Below are positions 1 to 10,544 of a DNA stretch of 20,000 nt, one piece after another. Source of the DNA: an uncultured virus (IMG/VR IMGVR_UViG_3300028903_000005) (Duplodnaviria > Heunggongvirae > Uroviricota > Caudoviricetes); IMG/VR virus record IMGVR_UViG_3300028903_000005. One strand, 5' to 3'. Below the pieces are notes generated by a model that saw only the letters and a program-made list of their open reading frames with translations, ran no database searches and was not told the DNA's origin. The position numbers were made by a program, and so were the translations under genes. Each line of letters opens with the position of its first letter. Position 1 is the stretch's first letter.

Positions 1-28
1 ATAACTTTGCGTTGGTTATAAATAATGT

Positions 29-44
29 GCGTAAAGTTTATATA
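29..44 (+). promoter_or_regulatory. Archaeal BRE-TATA promoter (gcgtaaag-TTTATATA)
   Basis: Purine-rich BRE directly followed by TTTATATA upstream of the first ORF. A divergent BRE (caacgcaaag-ttat on the minus strand, 1-14) matches the element at 16488-16497. Confidence 0.6.
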
Positions 45-83
45 CAATAAAAGAATATGTTTAAATATAAAGAGGTACAGAAA

Positions 84-260
84 ATGAAAAAGTATCAGGA
101 ATCATTGAAGTTGCAGCACAACGAACTTAACAAGCGCGCAAATTCAAAGGGCGCGTATGTAATGGACGGAGAAAAACTTCTTAAAGAAGATCCTAAAGTT
201 GTCCGTATTGATGGGATTAAAGCAAAGGATACGGATACTTTTATGGGTCAGAAAATTTAA
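84..260 (+). CDS. Small hypothetical protein (58 aa)
   Basis: ORF 57..260. ATG at 84 preferred because a GAGGT RBS lies at 72-76. A T-rich tract follows the stop. Confidence 0.6.
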   Translation: MKKYQESLKLQHNELNKRANSKGAYVMDGEKLLKEDPKVVRIDGIKAKDTDTFMGQKI

Positions 261-341
261 TTTTTTAACACTTCTCTTTTAATAGAAACATTTATTAACA
301 ATGACTTATTACTCATATATATAGTATATGGTGATTAAATC

Positions 342-1687
<1,346 letters not shown>

Positions 1688-1691
<4 letters not shown>

Positions 1692-2251
1692 ACCTCTTCC
1701 AATTTTGGCATCGTTGGAATCACTAACGAATCATACATTTTATTTTTTATAAGTATTTTAATAATGGTAGAATACCATATTGTTTCCTTTTTAATAAGTT
1801 TTTCTGCTAACACTTCTATTTGTTCTCTATTATTATTTACAATTTCTTTTGCTACTTCCAATGTAGAAATATATAATCTTCTCTTACACGGTTTATATGA
1901 TTGTGGATAACTTTTATATTTAGTTGTTTTTAATGTATTATATATCCAATCCAATTCAACACATGCGTTATTAAAATCCGCTTTTCCACCACAATTAAAA
2001 TAATATTCTTCTGTTCCACACAACAACATATCCTGATTAAATATTATAGATTGGGCGAGTGGGCCAGTGAGAAAGACAATAGCGCGCGCAAGTGGGGGGC
2101 CATCTGTATAACCTTCTAATTTACCCCAAGAATTTTTGCTTTGTTTAATAGTTACCCCGTTGAATTTTTGATTTAAAACAATAGCAGCAATAGCATGTCC
2201 GGATTCATGATATGCAGCACAACGGGTTTCGTAGAGTGGGCGTTTTAACAT
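1688..2251 (-). CDS. Stand-alone M41 (FtsH protease domain)-like zinc metallopeptidase, 187 aa
   Basis: AAYHESGHA zinc motif near the N-terminus, then L-x-G-x-x-A and G-x-x-D-F-x-x-A motifs and a C-terminal 'LAEKLIKKETI' helix as in the FtsH protease domain. ATG at 2251 has a TATA-like element about 25 nt upstream. No AAA domain. Confidence 0.75.
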
Positions 2252-2315
2252 TGTAAGTAGTATATGTTTTGATTGTATTAATAAGTTGTTGAAAAATAGG
2301 AAATTGTAATAATTT

Positions 2316-2729
2316 TTACTTACACTTCCCAACAATCTCTTCAAGTTCCTTTTCTTTATTGATCTTGTAAAGAATCTCTCTTTCAAATTTTTGTATAGCA
2401 CGATCTATAATAATATTATCTTGTTCCAGAGTTGTTTTGCGAATTATTTTACCACCAACATCGTGCATTGTGGTATCAATATAATATGCAGAATCACCAT
2501 CAAGATTATCTAATAACAATTTTAACGAATGTAACATAAAACATGAAGCCGCAATCGCTGTTGTTAAAAATAATGTTATATTTGACTTTAACTGAAATGT
2601 GATGATTGCTATTCCCACCCCTATTATAAAATAAAATAACCAATACAACGAAATATCTTCTTCTTTATCAATAGTTATTTCCCTAATATATATTATATAA
2701 TTTCCAACATTCTTTAATGGAGTAGACAT
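2316..2729 (-). CDS. Membrane protein with two TM helices, 137 aa
   Basis: Two hydrophobic segments followed by a charged C-terminus. Divergent promoter region at 2730-2805. Confidence 0.7.
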   Translation of the reverse strand: MSTPLKNVGNYIIYIREITIDKEEDISLYWLFYFIIGVGIAIITFQLKSNITLFLTTAIAASCFMLHSLKLLLDNLDGDSAYYIDTTMHDVGGKIIRKTTLEQDNIIIDRAIQKFEREILYKINKEKELEEIVGKCK

Positions 2730-2769
2730 AATTACACATATGCGTTACTTCTATTTAATCATTACACCC

Positions 2770-2782
2770 AAACCTTTAAATA
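2770..2782 (+). promoter_or_regulatory. BRE-TATA (aaacc-TTTAAATA), probably giving a leaderless transcript
   Basis: TATA box 23 nt upstream of ATG 2806. Confidence 0.55.
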
Positions 2783-2805
2783 CATCTTTCCTACTATTAT
2801 ATATT

Positions 2806-3225
2806 ATGGGATTAATTGATCGTTTATCATACACTCTCGACACTGTAAAGAAACAACGTGAAGAACAAGAACTAAAGCGCGCGCTCGCATTAAAAGAACT
2901 ACGCGATAAAGTTATTCCTATGTTCCAGAAATTAATTGATAAATACCACGCGGAAGTTAAATATCTTGATACTGATGCTTATGTATTCGTGGTAGAAAAC
3001 GGACGAGAACGCGGAATATATATTCCTTATACCACAGATGAAATCCATTTGGATCTTAAACTCGATACCTTTGTTCACGACTATACTTCGTCATCTAAAC
3101 ATAAGATGCGCGCTCGGTTGGAACAGGGGTTAAATAATATTGATAGCAATGCAAAGAAAGATGGGTTTTGGGAAAGGGATATTGATCTTAAGAGTTTTAA
3201 TACGAGTTTGAGCAGGAGACGTTAA
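2806..3225 (+). CDS. Hypothetical protein, 139 aa, ending FNTSLSRRR
   Basis: ORF 2740..3225. ATG 2806 preferred from TATA spacing. Confidence 0.75.
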   Translation: MGLIDRLSYTLDTVKKQREEQELKRALALKELRDKVIPMFQKLIDKYHAEVKYLDTDAYVFVVENGRERGIYIPYTTDEIHLDLKLDTFVHDYTSSSKHKMRARLEQGLNNIDSNAKKDGFWERDIDLKSFNTSLSRRR

Positions 3226-3226
3226 T

Positions 3227-3550
3227 ATGGTCGATTATAATATGATAGATCCAGAAATCAGAGATCTTATAAAAATAATGTATAAACATAAATATTATAC
3301 ACAATTTAGTTGTGCTGGTCACAAAAACGATCCTAGGACATTTCCCGATGGGGGTTATTTGTGGTTTAGGAAATCATATCCAATAGCAGATCTTAGAAAA
3401 ATAATAACGATATTAGAAAAATATGGTTTAAAAAATATTAAAGTTTATTTTAAAAATCCAGCAAATTTAACTCGATCTTCGTTAGTAATGTTTAAACCAA
3501 TCGGCAAACCGTATATTAAAGTGAATGGAAGATGGAAAATGAGTAAATAG
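3227..3550 (+). CDS. Small protein with a TYW3/Taw3-like N-terminal motif, 107 aa
   Basis: IDPEIRDLIKIMYKHKYYTQFSCAGH resembles the ID-x2-I-x2-L...T-x2-SC-x-G motif. AGGAG RBS upstream. Confidence 0.6.
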   Translation: MVDYNMIDPEIRDLIKIMYKHKYYTQFSCAGHKNDPRTFPDGGYLWFRKSYPIADLRKIITILEKYGLKNIKVYFKNPANLTRSSLVMFKPIGKPYIKVNGRWKMSK

Positions 3551-3561
3551 GAGTAAAAATT

Positions 3562-3828
3562 ATGACCAACTACGGACAAACTGCAAAAGAACTGGAAGAG
3601 GAATTTGAACGGGAAGAAGAACCTATCGAACAAGAATACATAAGGACATTCCCGAAGAAACACAGTAGTTTAATTCCACGTGTAAAAACCGGTGTTAAAC
3701 TTCCAAATACTATGGAATATATGGGTAGAATGGATTCGTTGAAAGTTAATATTCCACACTCTGATATTTATAACAAAGAATGGAGAAATTTTAATACTTC
3801 GTTGTTGGTAGGGAAGAAGAGGAAATAA
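3562..3828 (+). CDS. Hypothetical protein, 88 aa, acidic N-terminus, ending FNTSLLVGKKRK
   Basis: AGGAG RBS just upstream. Last gene of the plus-strand operon. Confidence 0.75.
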   Translation: MTNYGQTAKELEEEFEREEEPIEQEYIRTFPKKHSSLIPRVKTGVKLPNTMEYMGRMDSLKVNIPHSDIYNKEWRNFNTSLLVGKKRK

Positions 3829-3842
3829 TAAAAAATATATTT

Positions 3843-4055
3843 TTAGATATCAATTGAATATTTCATCTTTGCAAGTTCAAGCGGAATCCTACCAAGTTTC
3901 GGGCTGTATTCTCTCGATCTATGATTATTTCCACAAGAGATATCTTTAATTTCAATCATCGTTGATGGTTTTAACTTTTTTACTTCTAAAGATTCCATTC
4001 CGCACCAAGTTTTAGAACCCGGAAAACGCACCATGAAGCGACTGCTGTTCACCAA
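3843..4055 (-). CDS. Hypothetical protein, about 70 aa
   Basis: GAGGTGA RBS just upstream of a TTG/GTG start, with its own promoter at 4102-4119. Confidence 0.6.
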   Translation of the reverse strand: MVNSSRFMVRFPGSKTWCGMESLEVKKLKPSTMIEIKDISCGNNHRSREYSPKLGRIPLELAKMKYSIDI

Positions 4056-4101
4056 ACTTTCACCTCTATAAACAAAAACATATTATATATGTTGTCTTTC
4101 A

Positions 4102-4119
4102 TATTTATAAACCTTTCGG
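4102..4119 (-). promoter_or_regulatory. Canonical archaeal BRE-TATA (ccgaaagg-TTTATAAATA)
   Basis: Good match to the archaeal consensus, immediately downstream of the 1648-aa gene stop. Confidence 0.65.
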
Positions 4120-7100
4120 TTACTTTCTCTTTTTCTTCTGTGGCAACGACGAAGGCAATGATATTGATCTAATGCCCGTGGTTGAAGATGACTTTTTAGT
4201 AATACCAATGTTGGGCATACTAAATGATGGCATTTGTATAGATGCTACTTTCTGTTGTACTGCACGCTGTGCAGGAACCACTTTAACGGGCTTTTGTTGC
4301 ACTTTAGTTGGTTTCTGTAATGAGAATGATGGTAATGATGAACCCGGGCCGCGTGTTACGTTGGAACCCCTTCTCAAAGCCTTTGTTACTGCTACTGCTG
4401 CCAAGACTGGGGTAAAGGGATATTCGAATTTTTCAACGTGTTTTTTGTATCTCTTTTTCTTATCCCTTATTCCGCCACTCCCGTACAAATTACCACCTGT
4501 GGGGAGAATCGGAATTGGCGATCCGGGACTCGGGGGTTTTGGTGTTGATGGTGGCAAACTGGTTGGAATGGAGGGAATAGATGGGGGAGAAATCTTTGTG
4601 CTTGAAGGTGTAGATGGTATATTAGGCATCGATGGGCTTCCCTCTTTCGGTGGAGATGGTGGTGAAAATATAGAAATTGATGGAACTATTGGAGAAACTA
4701 TTTTTGATACGGACGGTAGACTTATTTCTGAAACCGATGGTATAGAAGCAACAGATTTTAAAGAACCCAATGATGAAGAAAACCCCTTTGGTATTTCAGA
4801 AGATTCTTTTGAAACTGATTTGCTAATAGATTTTTCAATCGGTGATATATAACCACTCATATCTTTAGATAAACTCATCTCTTTGGATGGAGCAGATAAC
4901 ATTTCTGATGTAGCAATAACACTTTTTAATTTAGAATCGCTCGGTTTCAAACTACCAACACCCATTAATGGAGAATATTTTGGAATGGCGGTTGTAGATA
5001 AAGAACCAATGATTGATGCGCCAGACATCACGGGTATTCTTACAGATTTTACACCGGTTGATGAAGGCACAGACAAATCGATGTTAAATTTTCCACCAAC
5101 ATAGTTTTGTCTTACTTTTGTAGATGCATCCTTCCCCCATAAATCTAACCATTGTTCTAAATACACATCTGCTTTTGCTGCCTTTGCTCTAGTTAATGGA
5201 TTGGAAGATTTGCTCATTAATTCTATATTGCCCTTTTCTCCAATATAATAATCTCCTATATCTTTCATACGTCCTTCAAATCTAGGAGCAATTTTTCCAG
5301 TAACAGAAAATACTTCTGGCCCACCTTCATATCCTTTGCCAGTAACGGTTCTCGGTTCTGGAGTAATTTCCATTGCACCAGATGCCTTTCTCCCAATTTG
5401 TTCAGCATATGGCATTACTTCTAATCCTTCAGTAGTACTTACATATTTCTGTGGTTTCATACCAAGACCGAAATAACCCGAAGATGATCTAAATGGACTT
5501 GTTTCTTGCTTTAGTAATTTGTTGACGGTTGGATTTTCATTGTGTATATCAAATAATTTTCCACTTCCGTCTGACATTTCTACTGTGCCATCTTTAACAT
5601 AAACCACCTTTTTACCAGCGGCTTTATTTATAGCAGATGTAACATCTTGTGCATATGAATCCCCCATTGATTGTAAAGACGATGTTTTGGATGTTGTTAG
5701 TTTGCTCTTTATTCCTTCTATCAACGACAATTTTCCCGGTTGCCCTGCTTCAGAAGGTATCATAACATCAAGATCATTTGGATTGCGAAGCAATGTTGTA
5801 ACTCCACGTTCTATTCCAACCGCCTTCTGCCCAGCGGAACCATATAATTTTGCGCCATAATCAAGAGAAGTTTGTAAAATTGCTTCGGTAACTTCTGCCG
5901 AATTCGGGAATTTTCTTGCTTTTACAACTTCTCCTATCGCTGTAGATGCTTGATCATACTTTGCTCCGGAACCAGAAGTGATTTCATGGGTTTTATACAT
6001 CAAATCTAATTTTGGAGATTCTTCGGGTGCTATATATTTTTTACCAATGGCAACTTCCAATGGAGATTCCATCGCATACGTGGAACCCTCGGTTTTAAAT
6101 TTAAACATCTCTGCTGTTGGTTTTGGAATCCCAATATACACATTTTTTAGTGTGGATACGGCTTTAACAGCACCATATTTTAAATTCGGTAATAATTGTG
6201 GAGAAGTCGAAACATCTAATATAGCCCACTTCTCACCAGATGGTGAAACAACATTTTCTACATTTTTTAAATATAGTTTCGTTTCTGGTGCAACCACATA
6301 TTCTTCTTCTAATCCCAATCCTTTCCACGGCTTACCAGCAGCGGCACGAAGACCCGGATATAATTTACCCGGCGGTAATGTTGCTGCAACATCAGCAAAA
6401 TTCCTTCCATATGCTCCACTGCTCTTTATTTTACCCACGGCGCTAGCAAATTCCGGCGTGATTTCCGGAGTTGTTCTTAATCGCAATGCTACTTTTGTTC
6501 CGGTTTCACCAGCATACTGTTTAAGTATTGTACCCGGATCCCCAAAGAATAATGCACCTTCTTTTCCACCCTTTCCAACAACAACCTCTCCTGTGGTCAA
6601 GAGTTGATTTACAAATGCGTTTTCAGGAGTAACATGATAGAAATCCGATACTCCACCTTTAGCAAGAGTTGTATATCTTTGGGCTGCTTGACTAGCATCC
6701 GCAAAAGTATTCATCTTCGTAGTAAATGATATATCTTTTGCACTACCTTTTAAAAGGTTTGAACCAATAATAACATCGGTGGGAGAAGTTGTTTTTCCGC
6801 CTACACCAACCAAAGAAGATGTTAATTGTTCAATCTGTTTATCAGCACCAGATAATTTCGAAACGACAAGTGAAGTATATTTAGCAGTTGGTGTTTCCAT
6901 TCCTTTTGACGAAATTATTTCCGCGCGTTGCAATCCGATTCTATAAGGCTGTGCTTCATATAATTTTCCCCCACCCTTAAACAATAAATATTGACCAACC
7001 AATGAACCCGCAAACTTTGCTGGATTTGTTGTTGCTGATTGATACATCCCACCTGCTTGCATTGCAAGACCTGCTGTTGCCAATCCAGCAAATGTTGATG

Positions 7101-9066
7101 GATTACGCAATATTGTTTCTCCACCGACCAAAGCAGATTGCCCAAGTTGTGCTACCATTTCCGGGGTTGATGTTAAACCTGATATTACACCCCCGGGAAT
7201 ACCCCACCCAGATACAGCAGTTTCTATAGGTGCTTGAATATTAGCAGAATACCATTTTCCAACATCTCCAATATTAGAACCAAGTCCATACGTTAACAAT
7301 TTTGTTTGATCTACATTTCCCGTTAATGGAGATGCAGATTTGACATAATGGGATTCTGCTGTATCTATTTGCCCCTGCAATGTAGAAATTTTTCCATATT
7401 GCGTATCCAAATCTGTTTTCTGCGAGGTGAGGTTTTCATATTCTTTTTGCGTCGGTATAGCACTTTGTTTATTAAAAATATCCACGTTTTTACTATAAGT
7501 ATCAATTGAAGATTGTAAATTTTTTTGTTGTGATATTAAACTATCATATCCCTCTTGTGTTGGATTTGCTTTATAAGATTCGAGATTTTTATTATATATT
7601 TCCGATTTTAATTCTATATCTTTTTGTTGTGTCAACAAATTATCATAACCTTCTTGCATCTTATTTGCATTTATATTATATGAATTCATATTTTTATTAT
7701 ATGCAACCAAAGATTTTTCATAATCTGGCATAAGAGCATTAATTTTTTCTGTGTTTATAGAAGAAACCTTTTGATAATCATAATAAGATTCTGTTGCTGC
7801 ACCACCCTGTGATATTCCAGACAAAACATCACTAGCAACAGGCAATTTTGTTTCTGTTCCCAATTTGTACACAGATGATAAAACAGGAACTTCTCCCGAT
7901 GGAACTTTTGAACCAATATCATAAATATTACTTAATATTGGAGTGGCTTTTATAACATTTGAAACATCAGTGAATGTGGATGGGATATTTGTGCTTCCAA
8001 TAGTAGCATTTTGTGTTCCGGTCGGTCCCCCCTTATTAAAAACAACCGCGCTGCCCGGAACCACATATAATCCACCCGCCATCGGTTGACTTTTCATCGT
8101 AACATCGGGGCCAGTACCAGAAAATTGTGCAGGCATTGTAGTAACAACCGACCGTGGAACATTAGTTTCCCACGACGCCATTACGTTACCAACACTTTCC
8201 GGCGTAATACTCTTCACACCCGTCCCACCATACAAAGCACCATACGGCCCTTCGATACCTTCCGCCGCTTGCAAAGCCGCCAATCCCGGCATAAAATTAA
8301 CATTTTCGTTTTTACCTAATGCGGTATTCCATTGATGCTGTTGAACACCCATCGTTCCACCGGGTAAATATCTGGACATCTCCCCGCTAACAGGAGGAAA
8401 CACATCGGATCTGGTTATAGGAGCACCTTTCAACAACTCCACGGCAAGATCCGCTTGGTATTCATAAGGATTCGCCGCCACTGGTCTTCCCGTTTCTTTG
8501 GCCATATAATGATACTGGCTAGCTGCTTCTATCGGTTCTTGAATTGATTTAGTTAACTCATTTTCATAAAAACTTTTTGCCCTACTATCGGTTGCTGCTT
8601 GTCGTTGTTCTTCTAATGTATACCTCACAGCATCGTCATATGAACCGAATGGTTTGTTTGGTTGATTCATTAATTCTTTTGCGCGCGTTTGTGTTGCAGC
8701 ATCTCCCAATTCGGTTGAAGCATAATAACCGGGGCGCGTTTCCACAGCCCTATACATTGCTGGAGGCAACGCGGGGTGAACGTTAGTATCATAATCATAT
8801 TCTTGTGCTGCCGAAGGAGGAGTTGCCGTTTGAGCAGCAGCGATTCGTGCTACACTCGGATCTACAACACCTCCTGTTTTTCCAACCAATTGTGCAATTT
8901 CGGCAGCCGTGTTACCGGACATTGCGGGTTGTGGCGTGTCAACAGTGTGCGCGTTTGCTGGTGGACTACCACCACCCTCGTAAGTAATTTGACCGGTATA
9001 TGCAGATTGATAACCTATGATATTCCCACCAGAATCCCTAACAGCATATGAAGCATAAGATCCCAT
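4120..9066 (-). CDS. 1648-aa multidomain effector-like protein: coiled coil, Gly-rich hydrophobic helices, ADP-ribosyltransferase-like domain, AbiEii-like nucleotidyltransferase domain, Ser/Pro-rich basic tail
   Basis: GAGGTGA RBS. Motifs: DFYHVT (6628-6645), EEEYVV (6292-6309), LYGSAG (5830-5847), NDLDV (5764-5778), LFDIH (5542-5556), RMKDIGD (5251-5271). The ORF is certain; domain calls are by eye. Confidence 0.75.
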   Translation of the reverse strand: MGSYASYAVRDSGGNIIGYQSAYTGQITYEGGGSPPANAHTVDTPQPAMSGNTAAEIAQLVGKTGGVVDPSVARIAAAQTATPPSAAQEYDYDTNVHPALPPAMYRAVETRPGYYASTELGDAATQTRAKELMNQPNKPFGSYDDAVRYTLEEQRQAATDSRAKSFYENELTKSIQEPIEAASQYHYMAKETGRPVAANPYEYQADLAVELLKGAPITRSDVFPPVSGEMSRYLPGGTMGVQQHQWNTALGKNENVNFMPGLAALQAAEGIEGPYGALYGGTGVKSITPESVGNVMASWETNVPRSVVTTMPAQFSGTGPDVTMKSQPMAGGLYVVPGSAVVFNKGGPTGTQNATIGSTNIPSTFTDVSNVIKATPILSNIYDIGSKVPSGEVPVLSSVYKLGTETKLPVASDVLSGISQGGAATESYYDYQKVSSINTEKINALMPDYEKSLVAYNKNMNSYNINANKMQEGYDNLLTQQKDIELKSEIYNKNLESYKANPTQEGYDSLISQQKNLQSSIDTYSKNVDIFNKQSAIPTQKEYENLTSQKTDLDTQYGKISTLQGQIDTAESHYVKSASPLTGNVDQTKLLTYGLGSNIGDVGKWYSANIQAPIETAVSGWGIPGGVISGLTSTPEMVAQLGQSALVGGETILRNPSTFAGLATAGLAMQAGGMYQSATTNPAKFAGSLVGQYLLFKGGGKLYEAQPYRIGLQRAEIISSKGMETPTAKYTSLVVSKLSGADKQIEQLTSSLVGVGGKTTSPTDVIIGSNLLKGSAKDISFTTKMNTFADASQAAQRYTTLAKGGVSDFYHVTPENAFVNQLLTTGEVVVGKGGKEGALFFGDPGTILKQYAGETGTKVALRLRTTPEITPEFASAVGKIKSSGAYGRNFADVAATLPPGKLYPGLRAAAGKPWKGLGLEEEYVVAPETKLYLKNVENVVSPSGEKWAILDVSTSPQLLPNLKYGAVKAVSTLKNVYIGIPKPTAEMFKFKTEGSTYAMESPLEVAIGKKYIAPEESPKLDLMYKTHEITSGSGAKYDQASTAIGEVVKARKFPNSAEVTEAILQTSLDYGAKLYGSAGQKAVGIERGVTTLLRNPNDLDVMIPSEAGQPGKLSLIEGIKSKLTTSKTSSLQSMGDSYAQDVTSAINKAAGKKVVYVKDGTVEMSDGSGKLFDIHNENPTVNKLLKQETSPFRSSSGYFGLGMKPQKYVSTTEGLEVMPYAEQIGRKASGAMEITPEPRTVTGKGYEGGPEVFSVTGKIAPRFEGRMKDIGDYYIGEKGNIELMSKSSNPLTRAKAAKADVYLEQWLDLWGKDASTKVRQNYVGGKFNIDLSVPSSTGVKSVRIPVMSGASIIGSLSTTAIPKYSPLMGVGSLKPSDSKLKSVIATSEMLSAPSKEMSLSKDMSGYISPIEKSISKSVSKESSEIPKGFSSSLGSLKSVASIPSVSEISLPSVSKIVSPIVPSISIFSPPSPPKEGSPSMPNIPSTPSSTKISPPSIPSIPTSLPPSTPKPPSPGSPIPILPTGGNLYGSGGIRDKKKRYKKHVEKFEYPFTPVLAAVAVTKALRRGSNVTRGPGSSLPSFSLQKPTKVQQKPVKVVPAQRAVQQKVASIQMPSFSMPNIGITKKSSSTTGIRSISLPSSLPQKKKRK
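7417..7656 (-). repeat. Three degenerate coiled-coil repeats of about 33-36 aa (QEGYDNLLTQQK / QEGYDSLISQQK / QKEYENLTSQK)
   Basis: Visible in the translation of the 1648-aa ORF. Confidence 0.7.
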
Positions 9067-9069
9067 GTT

Positions 9070-9228
9070 TCACCTCTTCTTATTATTGTTATTTATTTTC
9101 GGTGCTGCTACTGCTTGCACAAGATATGCACCACCGCGCGCAGACTCACCGGGAATAATAACATTATTATATGTAGGAACATTCATATGCGATTCGACTA
9201 TCCTTGGGGCTACAACTGGAGGTAACAT
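9070..9228 (-). CDS. 52-aa protein missing from the ORF track (MLPPVVAPRI...KINNNNKKR)
   Basis: Translated by hand. AGGTG RBS and BRE-TATA (9263-9278) upstream. Its last codons form the RBS of the 1648-aa gene. Confidence 0.7.
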   Translation of the reverse strand: MLPPVVAPRIVESHMNVPTYNNVIIPGESARGGAYLVQAVAAPKINNNNKKR

Positions 9229-9262
9229 AAAACAACACCTTTATATAACAGTTGTAGTTATA

Positions 9263-9278
9263 CTTTATAAATCTTTCT
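9263..9278 (-). promoter_or_regulatory. BRE-TATA (agaaaga-TTTATAAAG) driving the 52-aa and 1648-aa genes
   Basis: Consensus match in an intergenic gap, just after a T6 tract (9282-9287, minus strand) that may terminate the upstream unit. Confidence 0.6.
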
Positions 9279-9302
9279 ATTAAAAAATAGTGGGAATTAA
9301 TA

Positions 9303-10544
9303 TTAACTATATGGTTTCACTAACACGGGGGAGGGAGAACTATACCCCGTCTTATTTGCCCACACATAATAAAAGTGATCTGAAGTCAATCCTGTAAGTA
9401 CTGCAAGACCGCGTGTATTACTTGTTGCAGTAGATATAACCGATGTGGTTGTGTCTTGCGCGTAATACGTTGCACTTGAAATAGGGTTTCCATATAAACT
9501 ATCACGCACAATGCCAACAATACGAGTATTACTATATTGTGCCGTTGGGATTAATGGTATTGTTAAATTGATTGGGCCACTTGCTAACGGAGTAAATGTA
9601 TTAACATCTGATGCATATCCGCTTTTATTAGTCATAATTGTTAGTGGGACACCATAAGTTAAAGATGCACTATCCATATTAAAGGAGCCGTCTGCTGCCG
9701 ATGTTGCAGAATACACAATTCCGGATTGTGTAGCATTTATAACAGCACCCGATATTGCAGAAGACGTATATGCATCAACAACATATCCCATAGGTATAAC
9801 CGATGTTGAAGAAGAATCATATGTGATTTCTACGTAACCATATGCACCGTTCCCCCCGGGGCCGCCAAGAGCGAAGTGACCAGCAACCGGGCTACCAGCG
9901 CCCCCGCCTCCTCCTCCAGCACCATTACCAATTCCACCGGGTGAACCATATGATGTACGTAAATTATCCGATGTTGTTCCAGTAATACTATTCAATCCAC
10001 TATATGCAATTTGATAATTACCATAACCATTTGCACCTCTAGAAGAACTCCCCGAACTTAATGTTACAACATACCATCCGCCATCACCGGATGGGTAACT
10101 ATGCCAAGATATATATGGGGCAGCCCCGCCTTCAGCAATATAACCAAATGCAGAAGAATTTCCTCCGGGTTCCCCATAATAATAATATTGAATGCCATCT
10201 GTTCCCACTAAATATTTACCATCAACCCCTATACCCGGTTTTCCAACTATTATAGAATAAGATTGCCCCGGAGTAACAGGAATATTGCTTTGTGTTACGT
10301 ATGTACCAGCATTGCCACCAGCCCCATTCCCAGATCCAATAAAACCACCAACTTGATTATAAACCCAATAATATCCACCAACCCCCCCGGATCCACCACC
10401 AATCATTTTTATTGATACAGTGGTCACATCAGAAGGGCATGTCCATATACCATCTTGCGTAAACGAAACTGTTTGTGAAACAGCTAAAGAGGGGGTTACT
10501 AATAATATTGTTGCTAATAGTAAAACAATATATTTGAAATTCAT
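9303..10544 (-). CDS. Secreted glycine-rich fibre/adhesin-like protein with two C-terminal carboxypeptidase-regulatory-like beta-sandwiches, about 413 aa
   Basis: Sec signal (MNFKYIVLLLATILLVTPSLA). 'FTQDGIWTCPSDVTTVSIKMIGGGSGG...GGNGAYGYVEITY' is the Gly-rich domain pattern of viral fibre proteins. Two 'G-x-V-x-D...PI-x-x-A' type repeats. ATGA overlap with the upstream gene. Confidence 0.75.
   Translation of the reverse strand: MNFKYIVLLLATILLVTPSLAVSQTVSFTQDGIWTCPSDVTTVSIKMIGGGSGGVGGYYWVYNQVGGFIGSGNGAGGNAGTYVTQSNIPVTPGQSYSIIVGKPGIGVDGKYLVGTDGIQYYYYGEPGGNSSAFGYIAEGGAAPYISWHSYPSGDGGWYVVTLSSGSSSRGANGYGNYQIAYSGLNSITGTTSDNLRTSYGSPGGIGNGAGGGGGGAGSPVAGHFALGGPGGNGAYGYVEITYDSSSTSVIPMGYVVDAYTSSAISGAVINATQSGIVYSATSAADGSFNMDSASLTYGVPLTIMTNKSGYASDVNTFTPLASGPINLTIPLIPTAQYSNTRIVGIVRDSLYGNPISSATYYAQDTTTSVISTATSNTRGLAVLTGLTSDHFYYVWANKTGYSSPSPVLVKPYS

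Noticed and set aside
4120..4140. KKKRK tail as a eukaryotic nuclear localisation signal
   Set aside because: Promoters, RBSs, overlapping operons and gene families all indicate an archaeal context.
4172..6607. Plus-strand ORFs 4172..4852, 4883..5104 and 5978..6607
   Set aside because: Antisense shadows of the 1648-aa gene with no RBS or promoter support.
4120..9066. Tape-measure protein interpretation of the 1648-aa ORF
   Set aside because: Only about 150 aa are coiled coil, enzyme-like motifs and a long Ser/Pro tail are present, and no tail genes flank it.
9065..9283. 72-aa plus-strand ORF resembling a lipoprotein signal
   Set aside because: The minus-strand 52-aa ORF here has a promoter, an RBS and coupling to the next gene, so it is the better call.
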